From Limnochordia bacterium (GTDB lineage Bacteria; Bacillota; Limnochordia; DTU080): a stretch of 64,000 bases of DNA. The notes under the pieces were generated by a model. It ran no database searches. It saw only the letters and a program-made list of their open reading frames with translations, and had not been told where the DNA came from. A program made the translations under genes and the position numbers. Location of the stretch: assembly GCA_050951545.1 (NCBI GenBank), contig JBMNJG010000010.1:1-64000 (forward strand). Direction: 5' to 3'. Positions 49,688-59,145 of this stretch are shown here, one piece after another; positions within the stretch are counted from its first letter, which is position 1, and each line of letters begins with the position of its first letter.

Positions 49688-50719
49688 CTAGGGACGTATG
49701 ATGGTCTGTCCAGATTCCCCTGCCTGCAGGATCGCCTCGGCCATAGCCAGACTCCCAACGCCAGCCTCGCTGTCAACCGGAGAAACACGGCCTTCCCGCA
49801 CTGCGTCCACGAATGCCTGAATTTCGTCGCAATACATGTCGTTCTGCCTATATGGATACTGCTCTATCCCGGCCTCGCCCCCGTCGACCACAATGGCCCC
49901 CCAACCGTCATCCAAGGCTGGTAGCGTAGCGAAATCCGGACGAGCGTCACGACTGAAATACAGGGCTCCTTTGGGACCAATGATGTCGTTCGCACTCGCC
50001 CCGCGTGCACCCAGCGGCAGTCCCCAAGACCAGGAGAGCACAAGATCGTCTCCGCTAACGAAGCGGACCAAGGCGCTACCTGTATCAGCCGCTGTAGCGT
50101 CCTCACGAAACGTCATGGTGCTGGCAGCTACCTGTTGTGCCTCACCGAACATATAGCGGGCGAAATCAAGATTATGGATCGCCCCGTCTACAATAGGACC
50201 GCCTCCCTGGTCCTTTTGAACAAACCATGACCAAGGCTGTGCGCCTCCCCGTATCGCAACCACAGAGCGCCATACCACCGGACGCCCCAAAACGCCTGCC
50301 TGCACCAGCTCTCTTACCTTCATCCACCCATTGTCAAAACGGCGACACAAGGCGATCATCAAGAGCACCCCAGCACGATCGGCTGCCTCCTGCATGCGTT
50401 TGGCTGCAGGCACAGTTAGGCTCATCGGCTTCTCACAGAGAACATGCTTCCCTGCCTCTGCGGCCGCTACTGCCACCTCCTCGTGCACCCACGTGGGTGT
50501 GCACACATCTACCATATCGATGTCAGGTCGGTTCACTGCTGCCCGGTAGTCCTCGTACCAGTCGTCCATCTGATATGCGTCTTTCAGGGTCTTAGCCCTC
50601 TCCGGCACGATGTCCACAGCCACCACAGGCCTAGCACCGCGTACCTTGACGTACTTGGCCGCGTGCGTTTTACCCATACGACCAGATCCGACTATCGCTA
50701 CCCGCAATTCCTTCATCAA
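49688..50719 (-). CDS. Gfo/Idh/MocA-family oxidoreductase
   Basis: AIVGSGRMG, VCTPT, GKHVLCEKPM, GGGPIVDGAIH.LD. Confidence 0.92.
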   Translation of the reverse strand: MMKELRVAIVGSGRMGKTHAAKYVKVRGARPVVAVDIVPERAKTLKDAYQMDDWYEDYRAAVNRPDIDMVDVCTPTWVHEEVAVAAAEAGKHVLCEKPMSLTVPAAKRMQEAADRAGVLLMIALCRRFDNGWMKVRELVQAGVLGRPVVWRSVVAIRGGAQPWSWFVQKDQGGGPIVDGAIHNLDFARYMFGEAQQVAASTMTFREDATAADTGSALVRFVSGDDLVLSWSWGLPLGARGASANDIIGPKGALYFSRDARPDFATLPALDDGWGAIVVDGGEAGIEQYPYRQNDMYCDEIQAFVDAVREGRVSPVDSEAGVGSLAMAEAILQAGESGQTIIRP

Positions 50720-51101
50720 TCGTCTACCCCCTTTCTACGGAAACCCACCAGGATTCAGACAACCACTCTCCCCCCTAGCTCCTCACGTTCAACAGATGGC
50801 GGAGGTTTCCTGCCTCACTTAACGTCTTGCAGCGAAAAAAGTCTGCGTTGCTTGAAGGAAGTGACACCCTTGTGTTGAATAGACTGGCCGACGCGTCACC
50901 TTAGCTTATTTACAGTGTTACCCCAATTGCCTTGTTGCGTCACCGATAACCAACGGTTTGGCAGGGTGGGTCAGCCACAGATATATCCCATAGGGGCAGC
51001 AGGGCATCGGTACCATTCCCATGGGGGTGATGGCCTGACAGTGTCGGATGTTTTCGCACTACGGGGAGAAGTGCAATACTACGCGAGGAGCGTGATATGA
51101 G

Positions 51102-52343
51102 GTGCAGCGCCAGTCGATTGCCTTAGCTACTATAGTCCTGATTCTGGTCATGAGTCAGATGGTCATGGCCGAGACAATGGTCAACTTCGCTACATGGGGC
51201 TCAACCGAGGCACAGAAAATCTGGGAAAGAGACATCGCTGATTTCGAGCGCCAGAACCCTGATGTCAAGGTCAATCTCATCCTGTCGGACTGGAACACCT
51301 ATATTCAGCGGTTGCCGTTGATTATCGCTGGTACGCTGGAGGCCGATGTCGTTCGCATCGGAGGTCAGCATCTTCCTACATTTGCCCATCGGGGTTTCCT
51401 TTTGCCTCTAGATCCGTATGTCGCGAGGGGACAGATCAACCGACGGGAGTTTCTCGCACCTGTACTGGAATCGGCTACATATGGAGGGCTACTGTACGGT
51501 GTGCCAGATCACTTTTCCCCCTGGCTCTTGTATTACAACGTAGAGCTATTCAGACAGTTTGGACTGACCGATCCCGTTGCTTTGTATCGGGAGGGACAGT
51601 GGACGTGGGAGACATTCGAGGCCATCGGCCGAAAACTGAGGATAGACCGCTCGGGTGCTGGTACCCCAACGCAATGGGGAATTCCTAGTTCTTTCGCACC
51701 CAACAGCCCCTACACACGTCAGGCTATGAAGCTAGCCAATGGGGGTCGCGTCTACAACCCTGAGCTGACGAAGTACTACCTGGATGAAGTTCCAAGTGTC
51801 GCGGCTTTGCAGTGGCTGGCCGACCTACGCGAGCTCAGGGGGGGTGGCTGGGAAGCGGGCAACTTGGGTATGACCACGGGGTGGCCATCCGCACAGGTAG
51901 GCTGGGCTAGGACGATAAGGTTTGAGTTCGGTGCTGCTCCTTTACCCCGACCGAAGGCAGGTACCCACGCCACGGTTATGACCACGAACATCCTCTCAGT
52001 CGTGAAAGCGGCTAATAATCCAGACGCGGCCGTCAGGTACATCAACTACATTTGTGGTCCCGAGGCGCAACGAAAGCGCATCAATGATAACTATGTGGTA
52101 TCAGCGCGCACTGATGTGGCAGCTGAGTCACTTCGCGAGGGGCGGATGGCAGCGGTAAACAACCATGTGATCATGGATATCACAGCTCACACGAAACCAT
52201 GGGCAGTGCCTATCGGACACTACGATGAGGTGCCCAATCTAGTCAGCCGCGAGTTGAACGCGCTGTCCAGAGGCGACGAAGCCGCCGCCAGTGCTGCCAA
52301 GAGAATAGCCCAAATGGTAAACGCCATCCTTTCGGGCAAATAA
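51102..52343 (+). CDS. ABC sugar-binding protein
   Basis: Signal peptide; FERQNPDVKV, LYGVP, LYYNVELF, WTWE. Confidence 0.9.
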   Translation: MQRQSIALATIVLILVMSQMVMAETMVNFATWGSTEAQKIWERDIADFERQNPDVKVNLILSDWNTYIQRLPLIIAGTLEADVVRIGGQHLPTFAHRGFLLPLDPYVARGQINRREFLAPVLESATYGGLLYGVPDHFSPWLLYYNVELFRQFGLTDPVALYREGQWTWETFEAIGRKLRIDRSGAGTPTQWGIPSSFAPNSPYTRQAMKLANGGRVYNPELTKYYLDEVPSVAALQWLADLRELRGGGWEAGNLGMTTGWPSAQVGWARTIRFEFGAAPLPRPKAGTHATVMTTNILSVVKAANNPDAAVRYINYICGPEAQRKRINDNYVVSARTDVAAESLREGRMAAVNNHVIMDITAHTKPWAVPIGHYDEVPNLVSRELNALSRGDEAAASAAKRIAQMVNAILSGK

Positions 52344-52400
52344 CCGGACTTGGGATTCGGGAAAGGTGGGCTGGCAGAACGTAGGGTAGAGCTCGGTAAC

Positions 52401-52436
52401 AGGAAAGGGGCCGTGTCCTACTACGGCCCCTTTCCT
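52401..52436. terminator. Probable bidirectional terminator
   Basis: AGGAAAGGGGCCGT / ACGGCCCCTTTCCT 14-bp stem between convergent genes. Confidence 0.7.
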
Positions 52437-52513
52437 ACGCTTAACCTCTCACAAGTGGCGTCAGCGAAATGGTCTTGTGTGAGCTGTCCCCAGGTGGCAA
52501 AAGAAGCGATCTG

Positions 52514-53503
52514 CTAGGCGTCCCAAACGATATTCTCAGGAGATCCCGTCTCTGCCGAACGCCAGATCGCCTCTGTGAGCAGGGCCACTCTCAAGGCATC
52601 CTCCGGAGGCGATTTCACCGTATCTTTCCCTAAGATAGCAGCGATGAAGTTGCGATCGGGATTGCCCGGATCTGCCTGAGTAGGCGGGGTCAGCTCTTCC
52701 TTCTGGTTGCGCAGTTTGGCTTTGACCTGCCCATTGCGGTAGTAGATCACACCGTTTTCAGCCCAGAAGGTCATATCATCGCACCACTCAGCCGAGTTGC
52801 CGAGTACCGCGATATTTAACAGGGCTCCATTGGTGCACCGGGCGCTCAGAGCTGTGTTGATATCCACTCGAGCACCAAAGTTCTCGATAGAGGCGTACAC
52901 CGTCTCTGGCTCTACGCCAGTCGCCCACAGGATGATATCGAGCAGATGGCTACCCGAGTCGTTAAGTTGACCCCCACCCGATAGTGCCGGATCTTGCCGC
53001 CACTTGCCCTGTGTTCGATTCAGCCAGTCTTGCCCGAGCAGAGCTGATACATACTGTATTTCACCCATTTGGCCGTTGGTCAGCAGGTCTCGTATGAAGC
53101 GGAAGTTGTCTTGATAGCGGCGCTGATAGGAGACCAATACCACTTTGCCGGCTTTGCGTCTGGTTTCGATAACCGTTCGGGCGTGCTCGCTTGTGCACAC
53201 CATGGGCTTCTCCGTCAGCACGTGAAGCCCGCGGTCCAAGGAGTTCATGATGTGTTCGAAATGCAGTGTATGGGGAGTCAGCACCTGCACTGCATCCAAA
53301 GCGACGGTACCTAGCATCTCTCGATAGTCTGCGAACTTGGGCAGGTCTGGTAACTCGGGTACTCTCTCTCTTAACCAGCCAAACGCTTTCGGGTCAATAT
53401 CACACAACGCGACGAGTTGTGCCTCGGGTGTGTTGAGAAGACGACGGGCATGCCCAGCGGCGATGTTGCCGCAGCCGATCAGACCTACGCGAACCTTACT
53501 CAT
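52514..53503 (-). CDS. Gfo/Idh/MocA-family oxidoreductase, copy 2 (inverted near-identical copy of 35761..36750)
   Basis: Same 990-bp length; 8 aa differences in 329 by my count; GGAGG before ATG 53503. Confidence 0.92.
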   Translation of the reverse strand: MSKVRVGLIGCGNIAAGHARRLLNTPEAQLVALCDIDPKAFGWLRERVPELPDLPKFADYREMLGTVALDAVQVLTPHTLHFEHIMNSLDRGLHVLTEKPMVCTSEHARTVIETRRKAGKVVLVSYQRRYQDNFRFIRDLLTNGQMGEIQYVSALLGQDWLNRTQGKWRQDPALSGGGQLNDSGSHLLDIILWATGVEPETVYASIENFGARVDINTALSARCTNGALLNIAVLGNSAEWCDDMTFWAENGVIYYRNGQVKAKLRNQKEELTPPTQADPGNPDRNFIAAILGKDTVKSPPEDALRVALLTEAIWRSAETGSPENIVWDA

Positions 53504-53796
53504 GATAGCGACCTCCGTATTAATAGTGGATGAACTGCATCGTCGATTACACTTGCTCGTAGAGTTCAACTAGTGGCAACGGTTTCCTGCCTACACTTAG
53601 CGCACGCGACGAAATAAGTTACTGCTCCGGCCCATATGGACCGGAGCAAAGCCAGCGCAAAGCCACGCAAGCTGCACATTGCTCGATTTGCTATCCGTTG
53701 ATTATCGTCATGTCACATGGTATGGTCAATTATGTCTAGGTGTACGCGAATTGTCACAAAAGCAGTTTGCCCAACTCGAGTCTACGGAGGTAGATC

Positions 53797-55143
53797 ATGG
53801 CCCTTCTTCAGGCTGGCGTTGCAGAAGTAGACATCACACCCCCATTGGGAACGACCTTGGCGGGATCGTTTACGAACCGACCAGCGCATGATGTAGATGA
53901 TTTTCTGCGGGCCAAGGCACTAGTGATGGATGATGGCACTGTGCAGGTGGCCTTGGTGGTGCTCGATCTCGTTGGTCTGACGCGTCCCGACGTGCAAGCG
54001 GTACGCGAGTTGGTGAATGAGACAACTGGCATTCCACCTGCGCACGTGCTCATCGGATGCACCCACACGCATACAGGACCCGCCATGTTTCGTGTAAACG
54101 AAGTGGAACCGGACACAGCCTACTCCCAGTGGCTCGTGGTACGAGTGGCAGATAGCGTAAGCCTCGCCATGCGGAGGCTGCGTCCCGCTCGTATCGCCTG
54201 GGGTCGTGGAGAAGCGCACGGAATCAGCTTTTCCCGACGCTATCGGATGCGCAATGGTCATGTACAGATGAACCCAGGGCGGGGAAATCCAAACATTGTG
54301 GAGCCGACCAGCCCAATAGATCCTGCCGTCGGCGTGCTACTTGTGGAAACATGCGATGGGCAGCTAATGTCGGTGGTCGCTCAGTTTAGCCTCCATTATG
54401 TCGGCACCAACGATGGGCGGGCCATATCCGCTGACTACTACGGGCACTTCGACCGCTTCTTGCGCCGCACTTTCGGACCCAGCTGCATACCGATGCTCTT
54501 CAACGGCACATCGGGCCAGATCAATAACGTGAATGTCTTTGACCTGCATCAGGAGTCCGGGCACAAGCAAGCCAAGCGCGTGGCTGGCATTCTCGGCGGC
54601 GAGGTACTCAAGGTACTCGGTCGCATGACGCCTCAAACTGATATCCGCTTGCTCGCAGCTAGCCAACCGATAACGCTCCCCCGCAAAAAGCTGACACCAG
54701 AGGACCTAACCACCGCACGAGCCATACTGGCTGGTCAAGACCCAGACCCGCAGAGTGGCCCGTTCAGTTGGGTGGTAGGACAGCCCGTCCCCGCCGCACT
54801 TCGGCCAATGTATGCTTACGAATGCCTGCTGCTAAACGACCTTCCAGACCAGATATCCACTGAGGTGCAGGCCATTCGCATCGGCGAATCAGCGTGGGTA
54901 GGCCTTCCCGGGGAGATCTTCACTGAGATAGGCTTGGCCATCAAGCAGGCCGCGCCCTATCCGCACACCTTCGTGATCGGTCTAGCCAATGACTGCCTTG
55001 CTTATATCCCCACCGACAAAGCCTTAGAGGAGGAGGGCGGTTACGAAACCTGGGCGGCAGCCTGGAACCCAGTGGGTGTAGGTGCAGAGGGGATCTTGGT
55101 TGACACGGCAACGGCTTTGCTGCAGAACCTGTTTGCTGACTAA
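53797..55143 (+). CDS. Neutral/alkaline ceramidase-like amidohydrolase family protein
   Basis: AGVAEVDITPPLG, D.L.AKALV.DDG, CTHTHTGP, ISADY.G, GLPGEIFTEIG, GLAND..AYIPT, GGYE. Confidence 0.78.
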   Translation: MALLQAGVAEVDITPPLGTTLAGSFTNRPAHDVDDFLRAKALVMDDGTVQVALVVLDLVGLTRPDVQAVRELVNETTGIPPAHVLIGCTHTHTGPAMFRVNEVEPDTAYSQWLVVRVADSVSLAMRRLRPARIAWGRGEAHGISFSRRYRMRNGHVQMNPGRGNPNIVEPTSPIDPAVGVLLVETCDGQLMSVVAQFSLHYVGTNDGRAISADYYGHFDRFLRRTFGPSCIPMLFNGTSGQINNVNVFDLHQESGHKQAKRVAGILGGEVLKVLGRMTPQTDIRLLAASQPITLPRKKLTPEDLTTARAILAGQDPDPQSGPFSWVVGQPVPAALRPMYAYECLLLNDLPDQISTEVQAIRIGESAWVGLPGEIFTEIGLAIKQAAPYPHTFVIGLANDCLAYIPTDKALEEEGGYETWAAAWNPVGVGAEGILVDTATALLQNLFAD

Positions 55144-55218
55144 CATCTGGGAGCGACAAAGGCAGACGACATGAGGCGTTGCCACACTGACACAGTTCAA
55201 CACCCGCGCCTTCGACGC

Positions 55219-56508
55219 TCACTGGCCTCCAGCGCGAGACCACATTTCATCTAGGCTGGCCTGGTAGCGCCGATTGACGTGCTCTATGACGTCAGTTAGG
55301 TCACTCTTGCCCCACAGGCCCTGAAGGAACACGTTGCGTTCTGCCTGGATGACACCCTGTAGTCCCATAGGAGCCCCCACGCCACAATGCTGCAGTACCT
55401 GGTACCAGTCCCTCATGTAGGGTACCGCCTGGGCAAAGGTGTCGGCGACGTCATACCTGCTCGGAAGGCTTTGAGTGTAGACATGATACAACACTGTATT
55501 CTGCGGCTCCATCAGCCATTGGATGAGCTCCCAGGCAGCAGCGGGATCACGTGACGATTGCGTCATACCGATGAGCTTGTAGTAAGCAGGAGCCTTTGGT
55601 TCGGTACCTGGGGAGCGCGTAGGAGCAAAGACTCCGATCTCAGTACCGGGGCTCCGTTTCCGAGTTTCGAGGCTTAGCGCGGGTGACCAGAAGGCCATGG
55701 CTGTCACCCCATCGGCTAAGCGCATGGGGCTACCACTTGGCGGCGTCGTCACCCCCGAAAGCTCGGCCTGTACACGGGGATAGGCCGCTTGATAGAGGCG
55801 GCTGAGGTACTCGAAGGTTTCCATCGCCCGATCTGTATTCAGCCGCGCCGTGCGCCGATCCGACGAGAGCCCAGTCTCACCGTTTAGCTGCAGAAAGGTA
55901 GCCAGGATCTCGGGATGCCACCACATGGTGTCAAAGCCTTGCCGTATCGTGCGGCCGCTAAGCTTCAGCGTGAGCTTCTGGGCTATGCTCTCTAGCTCGT
56001 CCCACCCCCGGGGCGCTGCTTCGGGGTCTAGCCCAGCGCTGCTGAACGCGTTCTTGCTGTAACCAATGCCAAAAGGCGCAATCTCGATGGGCAACGTGTA
56101 CTGACTGAGCAACACTGGCCTCCCCTCAGAGAGGGTGCTGATTGGCTGAACGAAATAAGGAAAGAAACTGTTGCGACCAGACCACCGATTGAGATAGGGG
56201 GTGAGCTCAACCAGGGCATTTGCGCCCGCCAGAGTGAACATGGTGCCGTTCCAAGTGACAAGGACGTCTGGTCCCCCACCGACCAATACTCTAGCCAGAT
56301 CATCCTGGTTCATCTGCACGCTCTTGTGTGTGACAGCAATACGAGTTTCTCTTTCGAACCTAGGTAACAGCTCCTTGACCAGCATGGCGGTGATCCCATC
56401 ACCATGGCTAGTGGTCCAGAACTCGATCTGCCGCGCCAAACTGCCGGGAGTAAGCATCAAGAACACAAGCATACAACCAAGACAACGCCGAACAGAACCA
56501 GCTGACAT
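55219..56508 (-). CDS. ABC sugar-binding protein
   Basis: Signal peptide; GGGPDV, AFSSAGLDPE..P..WDEL, AAWELIQWL. Confidence 0.88.
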   Translation of the reverse strand: MSAGSVRRCLGCMLVFLMLTPGSLARQIEFWTTSHGDGITAMLVKELLPRFERETRIAVTHKSVQMNQDDLARVLVGGGPDVLVTWNGTMFTLAGANALVELTPYLNRWSGRNSFFPYFVQPISTLSEGRPVLLSQYTLPIEIAPFGIGYSKNAFSSAGLDPEAAPRGWDELESIAQKLTLKLSGRTIRQGFDTMWWHPEILATFLQLNGETGLSSDRRTARLNTDRAMETFEYLSRLYQAAYPRVQAELSGVTTPPSGSPMRLADGVTAMAFWSPALSLETRKRSPGTEIGVFAPTRSPGTEPKAPAYYKLIGMTQSSRDPAAAWELIQWLMEPQNTVLYHVYTQSLPSRYDVADTFAQAVPYMRDWYQVLQHCGVGAPMGLQGVIQAERNVFLQGLWGKSDLTDVIEHVNRRYQASLDEMWSRAGGQ

Positions 56509-56578
56509 GAAATGTCCCTCTCCCTTCTTCCGGGCGTCCCTACGCCACGGACACGTGATCAAATGCACCGCTCCACCA

Positions 56579-58153
56579 CTAACGCTCCAAGAGAAAGGCG
56601 CCCGCAGAAGCAGGATCCTGTACGGGTGGCAATACCCCCCTACTGACAGCCCTCCGCATGATGTACGCTCCCATCCCGGTACTCATGAGGTCTGCCTGGA
56701 ATCGTAGCTGTTCGTTCAGATGCCGGGGTACGTGTCTCTCAAGGACCCTAAGTATGTCATCTCTGGCGGCTACCAGTTCTCGGGAATGCCCCTCGAGGAT
56801 GTCTGTCATCACCTGACGCAGCCCATCGTAGTGGGGTCTCTGCATGTAGAGGATGTTCAAGCAGCACTTTTTGCCCTCCCGTCTTAGCCATCGCCTCTGA
56901 ATGAGTTCAGCGACTGGCTCCTGCATCACCTCTGGTACGCCAGCTGAGCCCAGCTCACCCTTTGCCACCTGGTATAGCGCTTCTACGTCGATCTTCCTGG
57001 GCTGTGGCCTCGCGTACTCGAAGACGCCGTGCAACGAATACATGGTCAGTAATGCTTTCCCATCGTGGGCACCGCGCATGTACTGCGATACGCGACATAC
57101 CTGCATGTCACGCTGTTCCCATCCATATACGAACCACCGACCTCCATCTCGTCTAGGAGGAGGTACCAGTGCCCGGTGTGAGCCCGCGGCCGTCTCCCGG
57201 AAAGCAAACGGCAACAGAGTCCATAATTGCTCGCTGAAGCTCTTGCCTGCGAAATCATAGCCAATACCTTGTATTTCGCCCCTAGCCGCAAGCACACTCG
57301 CCACGAACGGTTCAGCGATCTGCTCAGCGACGTTGCTCATCACGTCGTGCACCGCCTTGAAGCCCTCGTGGCGTAGAATCAGAAAATCGGTCAGGTATCG
57401 ATTGCCTACCTTACGCATGAGCTCATGGTCCACAAGAGCCCGGAGCTCCTCCTCGACATAGAAGGCCGGGATACCTGTCTTGCGTCCGATCTCCTCAACG
57501 GTCGCCGCTCCTTCATAGGCTGCGGCCGCGACATTCTGTGCTATGGCCCTGCTCACAAAGGAAGTGGGCCATGGGCCAATCCTGGGATAGTCACCTTCCC
57601 CAGCCATGGAAACCATTAATCTCAGCGGTCTCACCAGGCCGTGAAATGCCTGCTCCATCCCCTGCATCTCCTCTCGCACCCTCCGCCGCGCCTCAAAAAG
57701 TCTCCATTTCACAGTACCCGGAGCCAGACCAATCCTGTCGGCAATTTGCTTTACACTAAGACCTTCGTAATAGTGCATGATGATCATCTGTCGCCACTGC
57801 AGCGATAGTAGCGCCACAGATTGTGCCACCTGTCGCCTCTCCTCCTCTACCATGAGGCTCTGTATAGCGCCATCGTCGCCGAGCACTTCGGCATCTGCCA
57901 AACTGATGTTGTAGTACCTGTCCTGTCGTACCTTGTAGAGCCATCTCTTGTAAACATTGCTGGCCAAGCCCCACAACCAAGCGTGAAAGGTCTCTTCGTT
58001 GCGCAAACTAGGCAGTGACTCGACGGCCTCAAGCATAATCAGTTGAGCGAGTTCCTCGGCTTCCATGCGATTTCCAGTGCGTCTAAGGGCCCAGGCGAAA
58101 ACCTTGTCGACATAGGCCGACAGGGCATGCGTCCTCATGAGAGTTCTCCCCAT
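56579..58153 (-). CDS. ECF sigma-70 factor with a long (~360 aa) C-terminal extension
   Basis: EAEELAQ..F.AWLWGLASN (region 2); YYEGLSVKQIADRIGLAPGTVKWRLFEARRR (region 4). Confidence 0.85.
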   Translation of the reverse strand: MGRTLMRTHALSAYVDKVFAWALRRTGNRMEAEELAQLIMLEAVESLPSLRNEETFHAWLWGLASNVYKRWLYKVRQDRYYNISLADAEVLGDDGAIQSLMVEEERRQVAQSVALLSLQWRQMIIMHYYEGLSVKQIADRIGLAPGTVKWRLFEARRRVREEMQGMEQAFHGLVRPLRLMVSMAGEGDYPRIGPWPTSFVSRAIAQNVAAAAYEGAATVEEIGRKTGIPAFYVEEELRALVDHELMRKVGNRYLTDFLILRHEGFKAVHDVMSNVAEQIAEPFVASVLAARGEIQGIGYDFAGKSFSEQLWTLLPFAFRETAAGSHRALVPPPRRDGGRWFVYGWEQRDMQVCRVSQYMRGAHDGKALLTMYSLHGVFEYARPQPRKIDVEALYQVAKGELGSAGVPEVMQEPVAELIQRRWLRREGKKCCLNILYMQRPHYDGLRQVMTDILEGHSRELVAARDDILRVLERHVPRHLNEQLRFQADLMSTGMGAYIMRRAVSRGVLPPVQDPASAGAFLLER

Positions 58154-58436
58154 TCCCGATCGGCAGACCTACGCGCCCCTCATCTATATAGTGCAGTTCA
58201 GACAGCATCGGTTGGCTAAATGGCAAAACTCTTGCCTGGGTTGCAGACTTTGCCTATCATTCTCCTCCCCCCTGCCCCTATTGTGTTACGTTGAGGTCAG
58301 AGGTGTCGCCTTCCCATGCACACTCCTTACTGAGTTGGTGCTGACCCGGGAGTGGTCCCAGGCAGGACGCCAGCTATAGGGACACTGTAGTACGCATCCC
58401 TGTTATAGTATGGGCAGGGCAAGGGGGCGGCGCGAA

Positions 58437-59138
58437 TTGGAGTCAAGGTACCATGTGATGATAGTAGAAGATGATGTGAAAATAGCTGGCATCTTGCACG
58501 GTGAGCTACAGCGGTACGGCCTTGCCACCACCGTAGCGAGCGATTACGCTCACCTGAAAGAGGAAGTCCTAGCAGTGAAACCCGACCTGATACTCCTCGA
58601 TGTCAATCTGCCGTTTTACGATGGCTACTACTGGTGTCGGCAGGTGCGTACTGTGTCGAAGGTACCTATCATATTCATATCAGCGCGCTCAGGAGAAGTC
58701 GATCAAGTGCGGGGTTTGGAGGCCGGTGGGGATGACTACATCCCCAAACCGTTCAGTCTGGAGCTAGTGATGGCCAAGGTACAAAGCACCTTGCGTCGAG
58801 TGTATGGTGAGTACGCAGGTGACGCAACGAGCGACGTGATACAGGTCGGTGACCTTCAGCTAAATCGGCTCACCAACTGCGTATCAACCCGTGTTGGTTG
58901 TCGTGAGGTGTCACCAAAGGAGTTTCGACTGCTATGGGCTCTGGCTCAGCGACCGGGCGAAATAGTCAGCCGCGAGGAACTGCTCGAAGCCCTCTGGGAT
59001 GAGGTGGATTTTGTCGATGACAACACGCTGACCGTCAATGTCAGTCGGGTCCGTCGTCAGCTTGAGGAAGTGGGCCTTGCAGGGGTGATAGAAACCAAAC
59101 GGGGACAGGGGTACATGCTCCGCCTGAAAGGAAGCTGA
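58437..59138 (+). CDS. OmpR-family response regulator, BceR/GraR-like
   Basis: IVEDD, LLDVNLPFYDGYYWCRQVR, PIIFISAR, GGDDYIPKPF, FVDDNTLTVNV.R.R, IETKRGQGY. TTG start inferred from the RBS. Confidence 0.9.
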   Translation: MESRYHVMIVEDDVKIAGILHGELQRYGLATTVASDYAHLKEEVLAVKPDLILLDVNLPFYDGYYWCRQVRTVSKVPIIFISARSGEVDQVRGLEAGGDDYIPKPFSLELVMAKVQSTLRRVYGEYAGDATSDVIQVGDLQLNRLTNCVSTRVGCREVSPKEFRLLWALAQRPGEIVSREELLEALWDEVDFVDDNTLTVNVSRVRRQLEEVGLAGVIETKRGQGYMLRLKGS

Positions 59139-59145
59139 TGCTACC

